36,546 nt of DNA. It comes from a virus. Its lineage: Duplodnaviria > Caudoviricetes. Made by a program: the position numbers and the translations under genes. Shown in pieces: positions 16,090 to 24,897 of the stretch; positions within the stretch are counted from its first letter, which is position 1; every line of letters starts with the position of its first letter. Below the pieces are notes generated by a model. That model saw only the letters and a program-made list of their open reading frames with translations. It searched no databases and was not told where the DNA came from. Location of the stretch: positions 1 through 36,546 of the IMG/VR virus record IMGVR_UViG_3300029156_000009; one strand, 5' to 3'.

Positions 16090-18342
16090 TTACTCTACCC
16101 CCTCGGCTAGTTCAACTGTCGGAACCAACGCACAGAGACAGCCTTTATGGTCGCCGGGGAAGTAGTGCGAGACACCAAGCCACGAGTATTCAGACGATAC
16201 GCGCAGCTTGGGAGATTCGGGGTCGATTACCTCAGTCCCGTTGAGTGCCCGGTGCGGATGGAACGTGTTGCGGGGGGCGGTCCCGTAGCGCCAGGTATTC
16301 GATTCGGTGATGTAGCCGGCGTCGCGGATCGCTGCGCGGACCCTCTGCCCTAAAGCGAACCCTCTCGGTGTGTCTGTGGTGAACTCAACAACCACTCCAC
16401 CGCCTCCCGCGGTAGTGAGTAGGTCGAACACCATCTGGCCGGTAGCGATGGAATCAGATATCTCCCCGGTGTCTGCAGGGTCAAGGCTTGGTGAGGATGT
16501 GAACAGGCGTGCGGTTGCGGCGGCGAACAGTGCAGCAATGAAAGCCGTGATGCCGGTGCGGCGGTCCTCTTCTACTTCGACCTCGTTGAACTCGGGCTCG
16601 GTGAACGTCGCTAGTTCTACTTGGACGTTGTTCTCGGCTTCCTTGAGTAGCTTGTCGATTCGGGCCTCAAGTGCGGCGAACGTGTTGCCGGGTAGGAGTT
16701 GGTCAGGGGTCAGGTTGAACCGCTCCAACCGGGCTTCGCCGATCATCAGTGTGACTTCGCCGTTGTCTACCCCGTCGATCAAGGCAGTCATCTGGGAGTC
16801 CTTTTTGACCTTGGCTCGCACCTTGGCGCCTGCGCGGTCCATAGCGCGGGTGAACGCAGCTTCAGAGGCTTCGATAATCTGAGCGGCAAGGGTCTGGTCG
16901 ATGTCGGCGAAACGGTCTAGGGAGATTCCACGAGATGCGGTAACGGGTGGACCAATCGCGGGGTCTCCGGGCGTGTCTTCCACGGCATCTTCTGATTGGA
17001 CAGTGACTGGGGCAACACCTGTGTGGGCGATCTGTGGGAGGTCTAGAGCTTCAAGGATTGCGGACGGCTCGAACCCAGCGCGGAAGAGTATTCCGACTGC
17101 CTCGGACCTGACCGCTATGTCTCCGGCAGATATGGTTTCTTCGACTGGTGCGATGTTGGCGATCTGCTTCAACTGGTCGGCGGTGATAACGCTCTTGTCG
17201 AACATCCGTTCGGCTTGCTCTACGGTCAAGGGGCGCGAGGTAAGGTCGGTGTAGTCGCGCCAGACCATGTATCGGGCGGCGTCTTCCTTGCTCATACCCG
17301 CGCCACCTTCCGAGATAGGAAGCTCCAGTGTGGGGCGCAAATAGCCGGTAGTCATCCCGCTGATGACTAGAAGTACGTCAGGATCGACATGATGTTTGGC
17401 GGTTGATTCGTCAATACCCCACAGGGACCAGTGATTCAGGTCAGCCAGGCCGGTAAGGATCTCCGCGGGTAGGTCGATGCCGTTGGCGATCTGACGAAGT
17501 AGCTCCTCGCGCATCTCGGCGAAGGTCTTGTCCATCTCGCGACCGAAGTCGATAAGGCGCACTTTGTCTAGTAGTTCGGCATCGCCGCGAACGATGGCCG
17601 GTGCGACGCGCGCAGCGGAGTCGGGGTCCTTGATGGCTGTAGTCATCATGTCGATCATTTCGCCCTGGAATGGGTCTCCACCAGCGTTAGCGCCGGTGTC
17701 TGGACCTTCTTCAGCAGGGCTAGCGAAGGACAGCTCCGAGGGGATCAGGAAGATGCCAGCAGGAAGCCGAGACATAGCCGTTGCGCCGATCTGGTCGTTG
17801 AGTAGAAGTAGTTGCTCGCACTGGGCTTGGACTGAGCGCAGCGGGGAATCGGCTCGAGAGTGCTTGCGAGGATTGGGGCGCCAGATTCGCAGCACAAAAT
17901 CTTCTTCGTTTATCCCGTCGTCTTTCCGTCCCGGCTTGCGGCGGTCGTTGAGTTCGCCCGTAGATAGAACTTCCCAAGTCTCTTCGTCGTCGCGCTCAAT
18001 GCCGACTAGCCAGCCTTCACCGGCAACGTTCTCTTGTACGACAAACTCACCGACCAGTTGTCCTACTTCACCTAGACGGTCAAGGGCTTCAATCGCTGCT
18101 TCGTTCTCAGAAGGGATCGGTTCGTCGGTGTCGTCCTCTGGCAACTCAGCAACGTAGTAGGTGACGCGCTGCGCGGCGGACCGTTTGAAGTTCATCCCGT
18201 AATGGACCGGGCCAAGGTTCTCGTAGATGTCCCAAAGGGTCTCTTGCCAGCCTTCACCAAGTTTGGTTTGGGTGCGCGGACCGATCTTGACTTGTTTGGC
18301 TGAGCCTATGAGGGCTTTGCGAGGGTCGTTAGTTCCGAACAT
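16090..18342 (-). CDS. Portal protein fused to a MuF/head-morphogenesis-like domain
   Basis: LRIWRPNPR..ADSP, LDLPAEILTG-like and NHWSLW motifs; C-terminal H..LNG...PGDHKGCLC. Confidence 0.8.
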   Translation of the reverse strand: MFGTNDPRKALIGSAKQVKIGPRTQTKLGEGWQETLWDIYENLGPVHYGMNFKRSAAQRVTYYVAELPEDDTDEPIPSENEAAIEALDRLGEVGQLVGEFVVQENVAGEGWLVGIERDDEETWEVLSTGELNDRRKPGRKDDGINEEDFVLRIWRPNPRKHSRADSPLRSVQAQCEQLLLLNDQIGATAMSRLPAGIFLIPSELSFASPAEEGPDTGANAGGDPFQGEMIDMMTTAIKDPDSAARVAPAIVRGDAELLDKVRLIDFGREMDKTFAEMREELLRQIANGIDLPAEILTGLADLNHWSLWGIDESTAKHHVDPDVLLVISGMTTGYLRPTLELPISEGGAGMSKEDAARYMVWRDYTDLTSRPLTVEQAERMFDKSVITADQLKQIANIAPVEETISAGDIAVRSEAVGILFRAGFEPSAILEALDLPQIAHTGVAPVTVQSEDAVEDTPGDPAIGPPVTASRGISLDRFADIDQTLAAQIIEASEAAFTRAMDRAGAKVRAKVKKDSQMTALIDGVDNGEVTLMIGEARLERFNLTPDQLLPGNTFAALEARIDKLLKEAENNVQVELATFTEPEFNEVEVEEDRRTGITAFIAALFAAATARLFTSSPSLDPADTGEISDSIATGQMVFDLLTTAGGGGVVVEFTTDTPRGFALGQRVRAAIRDAGYITESNTWRYGTAPRNTFHPHRALNGTEVIDPESPKLRVSSEYSWLGVSHYFPGDHKGCLCALVPTVELAEGVE

Positions 18343-18526
18343 CCCAGACCTCGAATCTGTCGGTTGCTTCAGCTATCCCGGCAGGCGTGCAGCGGCAAGG
18401 CATGCCCGGACCGGCACAATCATCGTGTGGAAACCATCGATCCTGGTGTTGTTCACAGACCCAGCCCCAGGCATCACAAATAGGACAGTCTTTTTGGCCG
18501 CGTACTAGGTCGTCAATTGTGGGCAT
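18329..18526 (-). CDS. Small Cys/His zinc-binding protein
   Basis: CPIC...WVCEQH...C.GPGMPC.C. Confidence 0.55.
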   Translation of the reverse strand: MPTIDDLVRGQKDCPICDAWGWVCEQHQDRWFPHDDCAGPGMPCRCTPAGIAEATDRFEVWDVRN

Positions 18527-18893
18527 TTAGAAACCCCGCGACGTAGGCGAGAGCGAAAGGAGTAAGTAGCACTTCGGTGACAGGATAGAACCAATACGCC
18601 ACCCAGACGACGATTGCCACCCAAAACCCTGCGCACCAGTCGCAGGTGAAGACCTCAGACCACTTCTTAGGGTAGAGCGCAAGCCATCCGTCGTGGCCTG
18701 TGAGCTTGACTACTTCGACTCCCGTCCAGAGCGTCCGCACGCTTCCGTCGCCGTCAATCTCGGAGTCTCCGAATTCGGTCTCGTCTGTGGGCCAGCGATA
18801 CAGCACCCAACGGCGGATCGGTTCGGTGATCGAGTCTGTGGTTATGAGTCGAGTCAACCTAGCAATTGCCAGTGACAGAATCACGAAGGTCAT
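18513..18893 (-). CDS. DUF1360-like membrane protein
   Basis: RLTRLITTDSITEPIR and CDWCAGFWVA motifs plus TM segments. Confidence 0.75.
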   Translation of the reverse strand: MTFVILSLAIARLTRLITTDSITEPIRRWVLYRWPTDETEFGDSEIDGDGSVRTLWTGVEVVKLTGHDGWLALYPKKWSEVFTCDWCAGFWVAIVVWVAYWFYPVTEVLLTPFALAYVAGFLNAHN

Positions 18894-19030
18894 TTCTTGG
18901 CGTTCTGTCGAGCCTGCTTCTTCGCGTTCTGGTCACGTTGGCTTGTGATCTGTCTGCGTCGTTCGGCGGTGCGCTGGCTTTGTGCGGCTGCTTTGGCCTT
19001 GTCTGATTTCGATCCGCAGTTGCATCCCAT
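18890..19030 (-). CDS. 46-aa basic protein (MGCNCG...)
   Basis: ATG just after the TerL stop; ATGA overlap downstream; MGCNCG start seen in actinophage small proteins. Confidence 0.6.
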   Translation of the reverse strand: MGCNCGSKSDKAKAAAQSQRTAERRRQITSQRDQNAKKQARQNAKK

Positions 19031-19032
19031 TA

Positions 19033-20364
19033 TCAAATCTTAGCGGAAGTAAGTTGGCTCATGCCTGTTGAAGCCTTGGCGCGTTCGAGATGCATGACCA
19101 TGTATCGCATTGCGTCGCACCCGTGGTCATCTTTCTTCACCGGGGTTTCCTTGGGCGGCTTGTTTTCGGAGATGTCCCATACATAGCCGGGGATCTCCTG
19201 ATCTGTACTCAACGGGCGCTTGGCTTCAATCAGTTCTCGGTCCGGTGAGATAAGTGCGCCACGCATAACGAAGAGCCTTGCTTTGCCGTCGTCCTGTACC
19301 TTCATCCGGGACTGCGTTGCCTGGATGCCGTCGATGACGGCCTTGCGGGCGCCGGTAGTTGGAAGTCCGAGTTTGCGGCGTAGGGTTGCCCGGCCTTCGG
19401 CGTCATGGTCACAAACGATGGCTGTGGGTTTGGGTTCGGTCCATGCACCGTCTTTGGTCACAGCGTTGAGGATTGATTCTGCGTGGTCTTCGACCAGTCT
19501 CTGCGTCTGATATAGCTCTCGATACAAGTAGAGCCGTCCGTCGTGGTCCTCGGCCCACCACTGGCAAACAAATGGGTTGGTGTAGCCGAAGTCGATAGAC
19601 CAATACCGAGCCCACGAGTCGGGGATGTCAAACGGGTCAATTAGATGCACCGCCGAGTCCCATTCTTCATAGACCACGCCCTCAGCACTTGACCATTCAC
19701 CGAGTCGCAGGCGTCGGTAGCGAACCCCAGTCAGGGCGTCCAGAGATTTGATGTAGCGCTCGCCGCGGACCGTCATTTCACCGTCAAGGAACAATGTCGG
19801 GTTGTCTTCGTGGCGCGAGTGCAGCATCGTTGTTCGCCCTTGGTCACAGCGTTGCTTAAGCCAATGGGTGTCTTCGGCTGGGTTGCAGTCGGCCAACAAT
19901 TGCTGATAAGAGATGACTTCCGAACGAAGTCGGGTTGTCAATGTCTCCCAATCGTCCTCGGTTAGCTCGATGGCTTCCTGCACATAGATCAAGTCATACT
20001 CAGTCGAAAGCACTTTTGAAGCTTTGTCCATGCCACCGATGACAATGCGCGAGTCGTTGAAATAGCGGTATTGTGCCGGTTCTTCTGCAGATCCGCCGTA
20101 GAACCAAACCAGTCCGCCCTCTTTGGACTCCGGGATAACGTCGCGCTTCCAAGTCACTAACGCCGATGTAGTGAGTGAGGTTTGGGTCTTGCGGAGAATC
20201 AGTCCACGCATGCCAGGATTCAACAACGCTGAGATGTGGAGCTTCTCCAAACAGGCTCGGGACTTGCCTGTGCCAGCCGGACCGGAGACCAAGATCTGTG
20301 GTTCCCTTGATTCAAGGAGTGTCTTACAAGCACCGAGAGGCGTGTAGTCGTGGGTGAGATTCAC
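19033..20364 (-). CDS. terL: Terminase large subunit
   Basis: Walker A GPAGTGKS, Walker B YVQEA, DCNP, nuclease IDFGYTNP and DDHGCDAMRY; GTGA overlap with TerS. Confidence 0.95.
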   Translation of the reverse strand: MNLTHDYTPLGACKTLLESREPQILVSGPAGTGKSRACLEKLHISALLNPGMRGLILRKTQTSLTTSALVTWKRDVIPESKEGGLVWFYGGSAEEPAQYRYFNDSRIVIGGMDKASKVLSTEYDLIYVQEAIELTEDDWETLTTRLRSEVISYQQLLADCNPAEDTHWLKQRCDQGRTTMLHSRHEDNPTLFLDGEMTVRGERYIKSLDALTGVRYRRLRLGEWSSAEGVVYEEWDSAVHLIDPFDIPDSWARYWSIDFGYTNPFVCQWWAEDHDGRLYLYRELYQTQRLVEDHAESILNAVTKDGAWTEPKPTAIVCDHDAEGRATLRRKLGLPTTGARKAVIDGIQATQSRMKVQDDGKARLFVMRGALISPDRELIEAKRPLSTDQEIPGYVWDISENKPPKETPVKKDDHGCDAMRYMVMHLERAKASTGMSQLTSAKI

Positions 20365-20729
20365 TTGAGGTTGTCTAGGTCTACACCGTTCACGTTGATA
20401 TCGATGCCGCCTTCGTGATGAACCTTCTCGATTAGGTCTCCGCGGTGCTTCATCAACAATTCCAGGGCTTTGTTTGATCCGCCAGGGTGTTGCTGTACTG
20501 CGTTCTCCCATAGGCGTGTAAGGATGCGTCTGCGTGTAATCCCGAGCTCGTCAGCGGTTGCATTGGACAATTCGATCACTCGATCTCTGATGTCATCATT
20601 TGTCAACAGCCGAGATCCTTGCTGTCGTGCCGAATCTTCTGAGTATCCGGCGTTTATCGCAGCCCGTGTCGCGTTGAAGTGCGTAGCGTATTCAAGGCAG
20701 AACTGCTCTTGTTTGTCAGTCAGTCCCAT
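20361..20729 (-). CDS. terS: Terminase small subunit
   Basis: LTDKQEQFCLEY...NATRAAINAGYS...GSRLL. Confidence 0.92.
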   Translation of the reverse strand: MGLTDKQEQFCLEYATHFNATRAAINAGYSEDSARQQGSRLLTNDDIRDRVIELSNATADELGITRRRILTRLWENAVQQHPGGSNKALELLMKHRGDLIEKVHHEGGIDINVNGVDLDNLK

Positions 20730-20739
20730 GCAAGACAGT

Positions 20740-21117
20740 CTAACACTTGGACCAGCCGGACCACGCAGACCAGCCCCAGTCCTTGTAGATCTCCCAAGCT
20801 ATCGCAATGTTGGTAACCGGGTCTAGGAGGTCTTGGTAGCTCACTCCGTAGGGTTCAGCCCACAAAGGGGCGTGGATCTGCATAAGGCCGTAGTCGGTTG
20901 TCGGACTGATGGCGTTGGGGTTTCCCCCTGACTCGTGGGTCATTACACAGAGGGCGTTGTTGGTTTGGGCACCGAAGTAGGACTCGACTAGGCCGCGCCA
21001 CTGTTCCACGTTGGTTCCCATGCCTGAATACACCTTCTGCACTACTGGCTTAGGAGGTTCTGGCGGAGGTGGCGGACAGCCAAACCAGAGACAAGCGATC
21101 ATTACGGTTTGGATCAT
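20740..21117 (-). CDS. Secreted SLT-type lytic transglycosylase
   Basis: HESGGNPNA, DYGLMQI and W.AW motifs; hydrophobic N-terminus with a proline-rich linker. Confidence 0.8.
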   Translation of the reverse strand: MIQTVMIACLWFGCPPPPPEPPKPVVQKVYSGMGTNVEQWRGLVESYFGAQTNNALCVMTHESGGNPNAISPTTDYGLMQIHAPLWAEPYGVSYQDLLDPVTNIAIAWEIYKDWGWSAWSGWSKC

Positions 21118-21134
21118 GGGACCTCCCCGGAGGT

Positions 21135-21398
21135 CTAGATGTTGGCGATGTGCCTAAGTAGCTCGTTGAGCTCGTATCTCAGTGTACCTAAGCCGGTGCG
21201 TCCGTCTAGGCAGTTGTGGTGCAATTCACAAAGTGCAACGCAGTTGGATTCAGTGTTGCGCGACGTTGAGCCGCCCATCCCCCGATGTGAGAGATGGGCG
21301 AGCTGTAGTGGTCCTTCGTGGTGTCCTGCCGGCCAGACGCATCCGCCGTCACGCTCGAGCACGTTGGCACGAAGTCGACTTAGATCGGGTTTAACCAT
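21135..21398 (-). CDS. HNH endonuclease (possibly packaging-associated)
   Basis: VLERDGGC...AHLSHRGMGG...NCVALCELHH; upstream of the terminase genes. Confidence 0.75.
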   Translation of the reverse strand: MVKPDLSRLRANVLERDGGCVWPAGHHEGPLQLAHLSHRGMGGSTSRNTESNCVALCELHHNCLDGRTGLGTLRYELNELLRHIANI

Positions 21399-21449
21399 GC
21401 CAACTGACTGAGCAACAGGCAAGCGGCCAGAAGCCACAGGTAGGTTTTA

Positions 21450-22082
21450 TCAGTTCTCGTCATGTGCGCCCCATGCTCTGAAACCGAGACCGACAAGAAG
21501 CAACGAAGCGCCTAAGGGTAGTAACCAGTCGGTTGGGCCAGTGAACGGGAGTTCCGTAGGTGTCGAGGTCTGAGAAGTCGACGATGACTCTGGTGGCGTA
21601 GTCGTTGAGGTTGACCCCGTTGTAGTAGAGGTCGTATCTGGCACCGTAGTTGTGGTTGCCTGTGTCGTTGTTGTTATCGACTCGCATGTGAACTCCAATA
21701 CTAGATCAGCCGAATATGTCTCGTCGGGTCCGAACACCAAAACCACTTGCCCGGTTTGCCCTGGTGTGATCGGCCCTGAACCGGGAGTGGATACGTTGCG
21801 GTCTCGTTCCACATCCTCAAACAGGATCGTGTTACCACCAGTAGCCAGTTTCAGATTGTTGCCGGGATGGATTGACGTGTTATTGCCTGCGTCCCTTGCG
21901 ATCACGGTGCAGGTTTCCCCTACTACCGGCATCGGACCGTCATACAAGACCAGCTCTGATCCTTCTAGCCCTCGTAGCACTTGGAATGGGAGAGTTATGT
22001 CCCCGTCTGACGCCATTGATGGAAGTGCGAATATCGCTACGAACATCAGTGTGAATGCTGCGATCAGTCCTCGGTCTCTCAT
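21450..22082 (-). CDS. Secreted sortase-anchored surface protein (LPFTG)
   Basis: Signal peptide, beta domain, Thr/Ser-rich stalk, ELPFTG plus TM helix; RBS AAAGGGG. Confidence 0.75.
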   Translation of the reverse strand: MRDRGLIAAFTLMFVAIFALPSMASDGDITLPFQVLRGLEGSELVLYDGPMPVVGETCTVIARDAGNNTSIHPGNNLKLATGGNTILFEDVERDRNVSTPGSGPITPGQTGQVVLVFGPDETYSADLVLEFTCESITTTTQATTTTVPDTTSTTTGSTSTTTPPESSSTSQTSTPTELPFTGPTDWLLPLGASLLLVGLGFRAWGAHDEN

Positions 22083-22151
22083 TTGTTTCCCCTTTGTTGT
22101 GACCACGTTGTGTGGTCGTTGGTATTCTATCGTCACGTTTGGTGGTTTGCT

Positions 22152-22408
22152 TTAGTCGGTTATACCTAGAGCAGCATCAACACAGGCGATTACACCGTCG
22201 ATTTCTCCTTCGTATGATTCGCCTGCAACGATCCGGTCATCGACTCGACGCTGTGCTTCCATTCCAGCGGCGTAGTTGATTGTTACCTCCCGGCGTGAAC
22301 CACCAGGACACCGACGATTATGTTCCTAGGTGACATCCCATAACCGTCAGTAAGAGCGTGAGCTGATAACTGATCATGCAAGCAGGGTTCTTCGATAACC
22401 AACCTCAT
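22152..22408 (-). pseudogene. Possible frameshifted small gene (MRLVIEEPCLH.../..CPGGSRREVTINY...DAALGITD)
   Basis: Coupled ATG at 22408 and stop at 22152 are one base out of frame (257 nt). Confidence 0.4.
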
Positions 22409-22821
22409 TGCGCCTCCTCTAAACGTTCGTCCAACGGATACCAACCGCATTCGGGATCGCAGACAACCCTCACTTCATCCAATGCGTGATAGTGGGTTTT
22501 CGTATGGCGGAACATCACTTTGTCGGGGTCTGCCCACACTTCCCGCAACCCTGGACACGGCATCAGGTCCTCGTCGCCTCCATGTTCGCCGACGACCCTG
22601 TGAGGGCAGTCACCCACTAGGAACGGGCCGACATGAGGTCCAGGACAAGGGTTAAACACTTGAACGGGAATGGGTACTGGAACTGGACACCTTGAACCGC
22701 AGGTGTAGCCATCACATTGAGGATGATGCTCCGAGCCTGTTTCGATTTCGATCCGTTCAATTTGTCCGGTTCCGTTGCATGGTTCATGCGCCCAAGGGAT
22801 CACAACGGCTTGGTCAGTCAT
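22405..22821 (-). CDS. Cys/His-rich hypothetical protein
   Basis: Several PCxG/CPG motifs; overlap-coupled. Confidence 0.55.
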   Translation of the reverse strand: MTDQAVVIPWAHEPCNGTGQIERIEIETGSEHHPQCDGYTCGSRCPVPVPIPVQVFNPCPGPHVGPFLVGDCPHRVVGEHGGDEDLMPCPGLREVWADPDKVMFRHTKTHYHALDEVRVVCDPECGWYPLDERLEEAQ

Positions 22822-23032
22822 TCTGCTTCTCAAAGTTCTCAGCGAAATACGCAGCAGCCACCAACCACTTGTCATCATGGTTCAATGGGTTGCGTGCGAT
22901 CTTGTCTCCCTGCTTCGGTGATCCAGCGTCCAAGTCAGCCTGGCTGACGGAAACTCCTGTCATGTCGAAGCCTGGATGCCAGTCGGCCATCTCGGCGATT
23001 GCCGTCCTTCGGTACTTCTTGTACTTAGTCAT
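22814..23032 (-). CDS. Conserved small phage protein
   Basis: GSPKQGDKIARNPLNHDDKWLVAAAYFAENF; GGAG RBS and ATGA overlap. Confidence 0.65.
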   Translation of the reverse strand: MTKYKKYRRTAIAEMADWHPGFDMTGVSVSQADLDAGSPKQGDKIARNPLNHDDKWLVAAAYFAENFEKQND

Positions 23033-23301
23033 TCTGCTTCTCCTTTTAGGTGGTCGAACACAGCCACCAGCCCGATACGAACCAGTGCTGATCCGTCGCC
23101 CCGGCCTTCCTCCCAAGCCTCATCCATTGCCAGTCGTCCGACCTCGATTGTGTCGTCGCTGATTAGCCACCCTGTACCACCACAAGCCGGGCACGTCTTT
23201 TTCTTCCATGCTGACCATGCACCTAGTTGCTCACCCGTGGGCCACGACTCGGTTCCGGTGCCTTTGCAGGTCGGGCAGACAGGTAACCCGTTACTCATCA
23301 T
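23029..23301 (-). CDS. DnaJ-type CxxCxGxG zinc-finger protein
   Basis: CPTCKGTG and CPACGGTG; GGAGG RBS. Confidence 0.65.
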   Translation of the reverse strand: MMSNGLPVCPTCKGTGTESWPTGEQLGAWSAWKKKTCPACGGTGWLISDDTIEVGRLAMDEAWEEGRGDGSALVRIGLVAVFDHLKGEAE

Positions 23302-23749
23302 ATACCTCCCATAACGTCCTCGGAATCCCGGTCGGCGCTTTATCATTTCTCGGTCTCGAAGGCGTGTCCCACCCTTTACGCCCCGGGCGTTCCGCAACCA
23401 CCTTCCAACCAGCGCCCCTCAATGAAGCACCCGACTCGCCTTCTTGTGTGTAGGTGATAAGCCGTGTGTAGCCAAGAGCGAACGCAGCCCTCGCAGCTGC
23501 CCCATACAGTTTCGAGTTAGCGTTACTGGCCCCATCCGTGGCGGTTCGGTTCACTTCAAGGGTTGACCCATCATCAAAGTGGCGGGCTACTGGCCTTCCC
23601 ACGATTGCCACACCTCTAAGAACCCCGTCGTTGTCCGCTACACCGATCGAGAACTTGTGACCAGGAACGGGTCGGTGGTGCCTATGCCACATGGCTACAA
23701 ACCCGTTGGCTTCCTTGAGCGAGACTGGAACTAGATGAAGTGTGGTCAT
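23291..23749 (-). CDS. XF1762-family protein (Mom-like GNAT fold, putative DNA modification)
   Basis: HRHH.P..GHKFSIG, GVAIVGRPVAR, LEVNR, ITYT..ESGASL..AGW. Confidence 0.75.
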   Translation of the reverse strand: MTTLHLVPVSLKEANGFVAMWHRHHRPVPGHKFSIGVADNDGVLRGVAIVGRPVARHFDDGSTLEVNRTATDGASNANSKLYGAAARAAFALGYTRLITYTQEGESGASLRGAGWKVVAERPGRKGWDTPSRPRNDKAPTGIPRTLWEVYDE

Positions 23750-23874
23750 CGGGTATCACCTCGACCAATGGTCTCTCCGGCAAGTCTGGACTCTGTCGGG
23801 TATGCCCTTGCCGCTGCCTGGGCCATGACTACGGCTCGTTCCTTATCCGTCAACAATTCATGTCTAGCGGTCAT
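23746..23874 (-). CDS. 42-aa hypothetical protein
   Basis: Starts in repeat copy 2 and stops in copy 1. Confidence 0.5.
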   Translation of the reverse strand: MTARHELLTDKERAVVMAQAAARAYPTESRLAGETIGRGDTR

Positions 23875-24232
23875 CGGGTATCACCTCGACTAGAACTGGT
23901 TTTCTGCTGATGAACCATTTCGCCGGATCTGAATACCGGTGAAGGTCTGCCTGGACATGGGGAGCAGTTCGTGCCTGCTCGGGTGAACCCAACCACGGTC
24001 GTACTTTCAGGTGGGCCTCGTCGTCAACCACTCGGTAACAGTGGGCCATCCGATCGCACGACAATGTGACACTGGTTAACCCTGCACCGTCTCGGCTTAT
24101 TTCTCGATCACCTGTAAGCCAGACAAGGGACGCTCCGACTAGTGGATGGAAATGCGGCCTGAGCAATCCCATCTCGCCTATCTGTTTAGCGCCATCATCA
24201 CAAGTGAAATGCCAGAACTGGCTAGTGGTCAT
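23864..24232 (-). CDS. Hypothetical protein
   Basis: Starts and ends within junction repeats; WHFT...I...G.L and VWLT segments. Confidence 0.65.
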   Translation of the reverse strand: MTTSQFWHFTCDDGAKQIGEMGLLRPHFHPLVGASLVWLTGDREISRDGAGLTSVTLSCDRMAHCYRVVDDEAHLKVRPWLGSPEQARTAPHVQADLHRYSDPAKWFISRKPVLVEVIPDDR

Positions 24233-24530
24233 CGGGTATCACCTCAACCAACCTGTCAAAGAACCAGCAAGTGTCGTCATTGCCAATAGATGAGAACCAA
24301 GTCTCACACGGGTAACCCAAGTTGTAGTCCCATTCAGCTACCTCCGTGTCGGAGATGTCATCCCATCCATGGATCATTGGCGACTTGTGGGTTTTGCACC
24401 AGGGTCGGGTAACGAACTCACCGGCAGGCTCGATTAGCCCTTCCATCTGAGGAATAACACCCTCGCCGTATCCGGTCAACTCGTAGAGTTTTACGGGTGT
24501 ATCACTCACGAGGCTTTTCCTTTCGCTCAT
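24222..24530 (-). CDS. Hypothetical protein
   Basis: 102-aa coupled ORF ending VEVIPDDH. Confidence 0.55.
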   Translation of the reverse strand: MSERKSLVSDTPVKLYELTGYGEGVIPQMEGLIEPAGEFVTRPWCKTHKSPMIHGWDDISDTEVAEWDYNLGYPCETWFSSIGNDDTCWFFDRLVEVIPDDH

Positions 24531-24757
24531 CCCAACAAACTCAACTGGTTGTCGCCATGCAACTTATACAACACTTGAGGGGATTTGTGGTCGTGGAGTT
24601 TGCACGCCGACGAAGTGATCGGGTGGCCCTCGGTGCGGAGTTCGTGAATTCGAGCTGCGTAACGCGGCATGTACTTGGCGAGGAACTGGGTTCCGCATAC
24701 AGGGCCCATCTGGAGCATTTCTAGGATGGTGGCTTTCTGGCTCACATGTGCCACCAT
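24527..24757 (-). CDS. Small winged helix-turn-helix protein
   Basis: ILEMLQ.GP...RYAARIHELRTEGHPI. Confidence 0.7.
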   Translation of the reverse strand: MVAHVSQKATILEMLQMGPVCGTQFLAKYMPRYAARIHELRTEGHPITSSACKLHDHKSPQVLYKLHGDNQLSLLG

Positions 24758-24897
24758 TCGCCGTAGTAGTCCCGCTCGTTATCCCAAAGCGCGTATTCAT
24801 CCAGGCATTCTCCGCAGATGTAACGCTCGAACCCCAACACCCCGATTGTGTGAGTTCTGTCACCGTTCTTAAACGGCTTCGTGCACCATTCGCACAT
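24742..24897 (-). CDS. 51-aa CxxC...CxxC zinc-finger protein
   Basis: MCEWCTKPF...YICGECLDEY; fills the gap; not in the ORF track. Confidence 0.55.
   Translation of the reverse strand: MCEWCTKPFKNGDRTHTIGVLGFERYICGECLDEYALWDNERDYYGEWWHM

Larger units (their letters stand above)
23744..24248 (-). repeat. Three 22-bp direct repeats at gene junctions (23744-65, 23869-90, 24227-48)
   Basis: GT(C/T)GAGGTGATACCCGATGACC; contains SD GAGGTG and an ATG. Confidence 0.85.

Noticed and set aside
23744-24248. CRISPR mini-array
   Set aside because: Spacers are 103 and 336 bp and protein-coding, the repeat is an RBS/start box, and there are no cas genes
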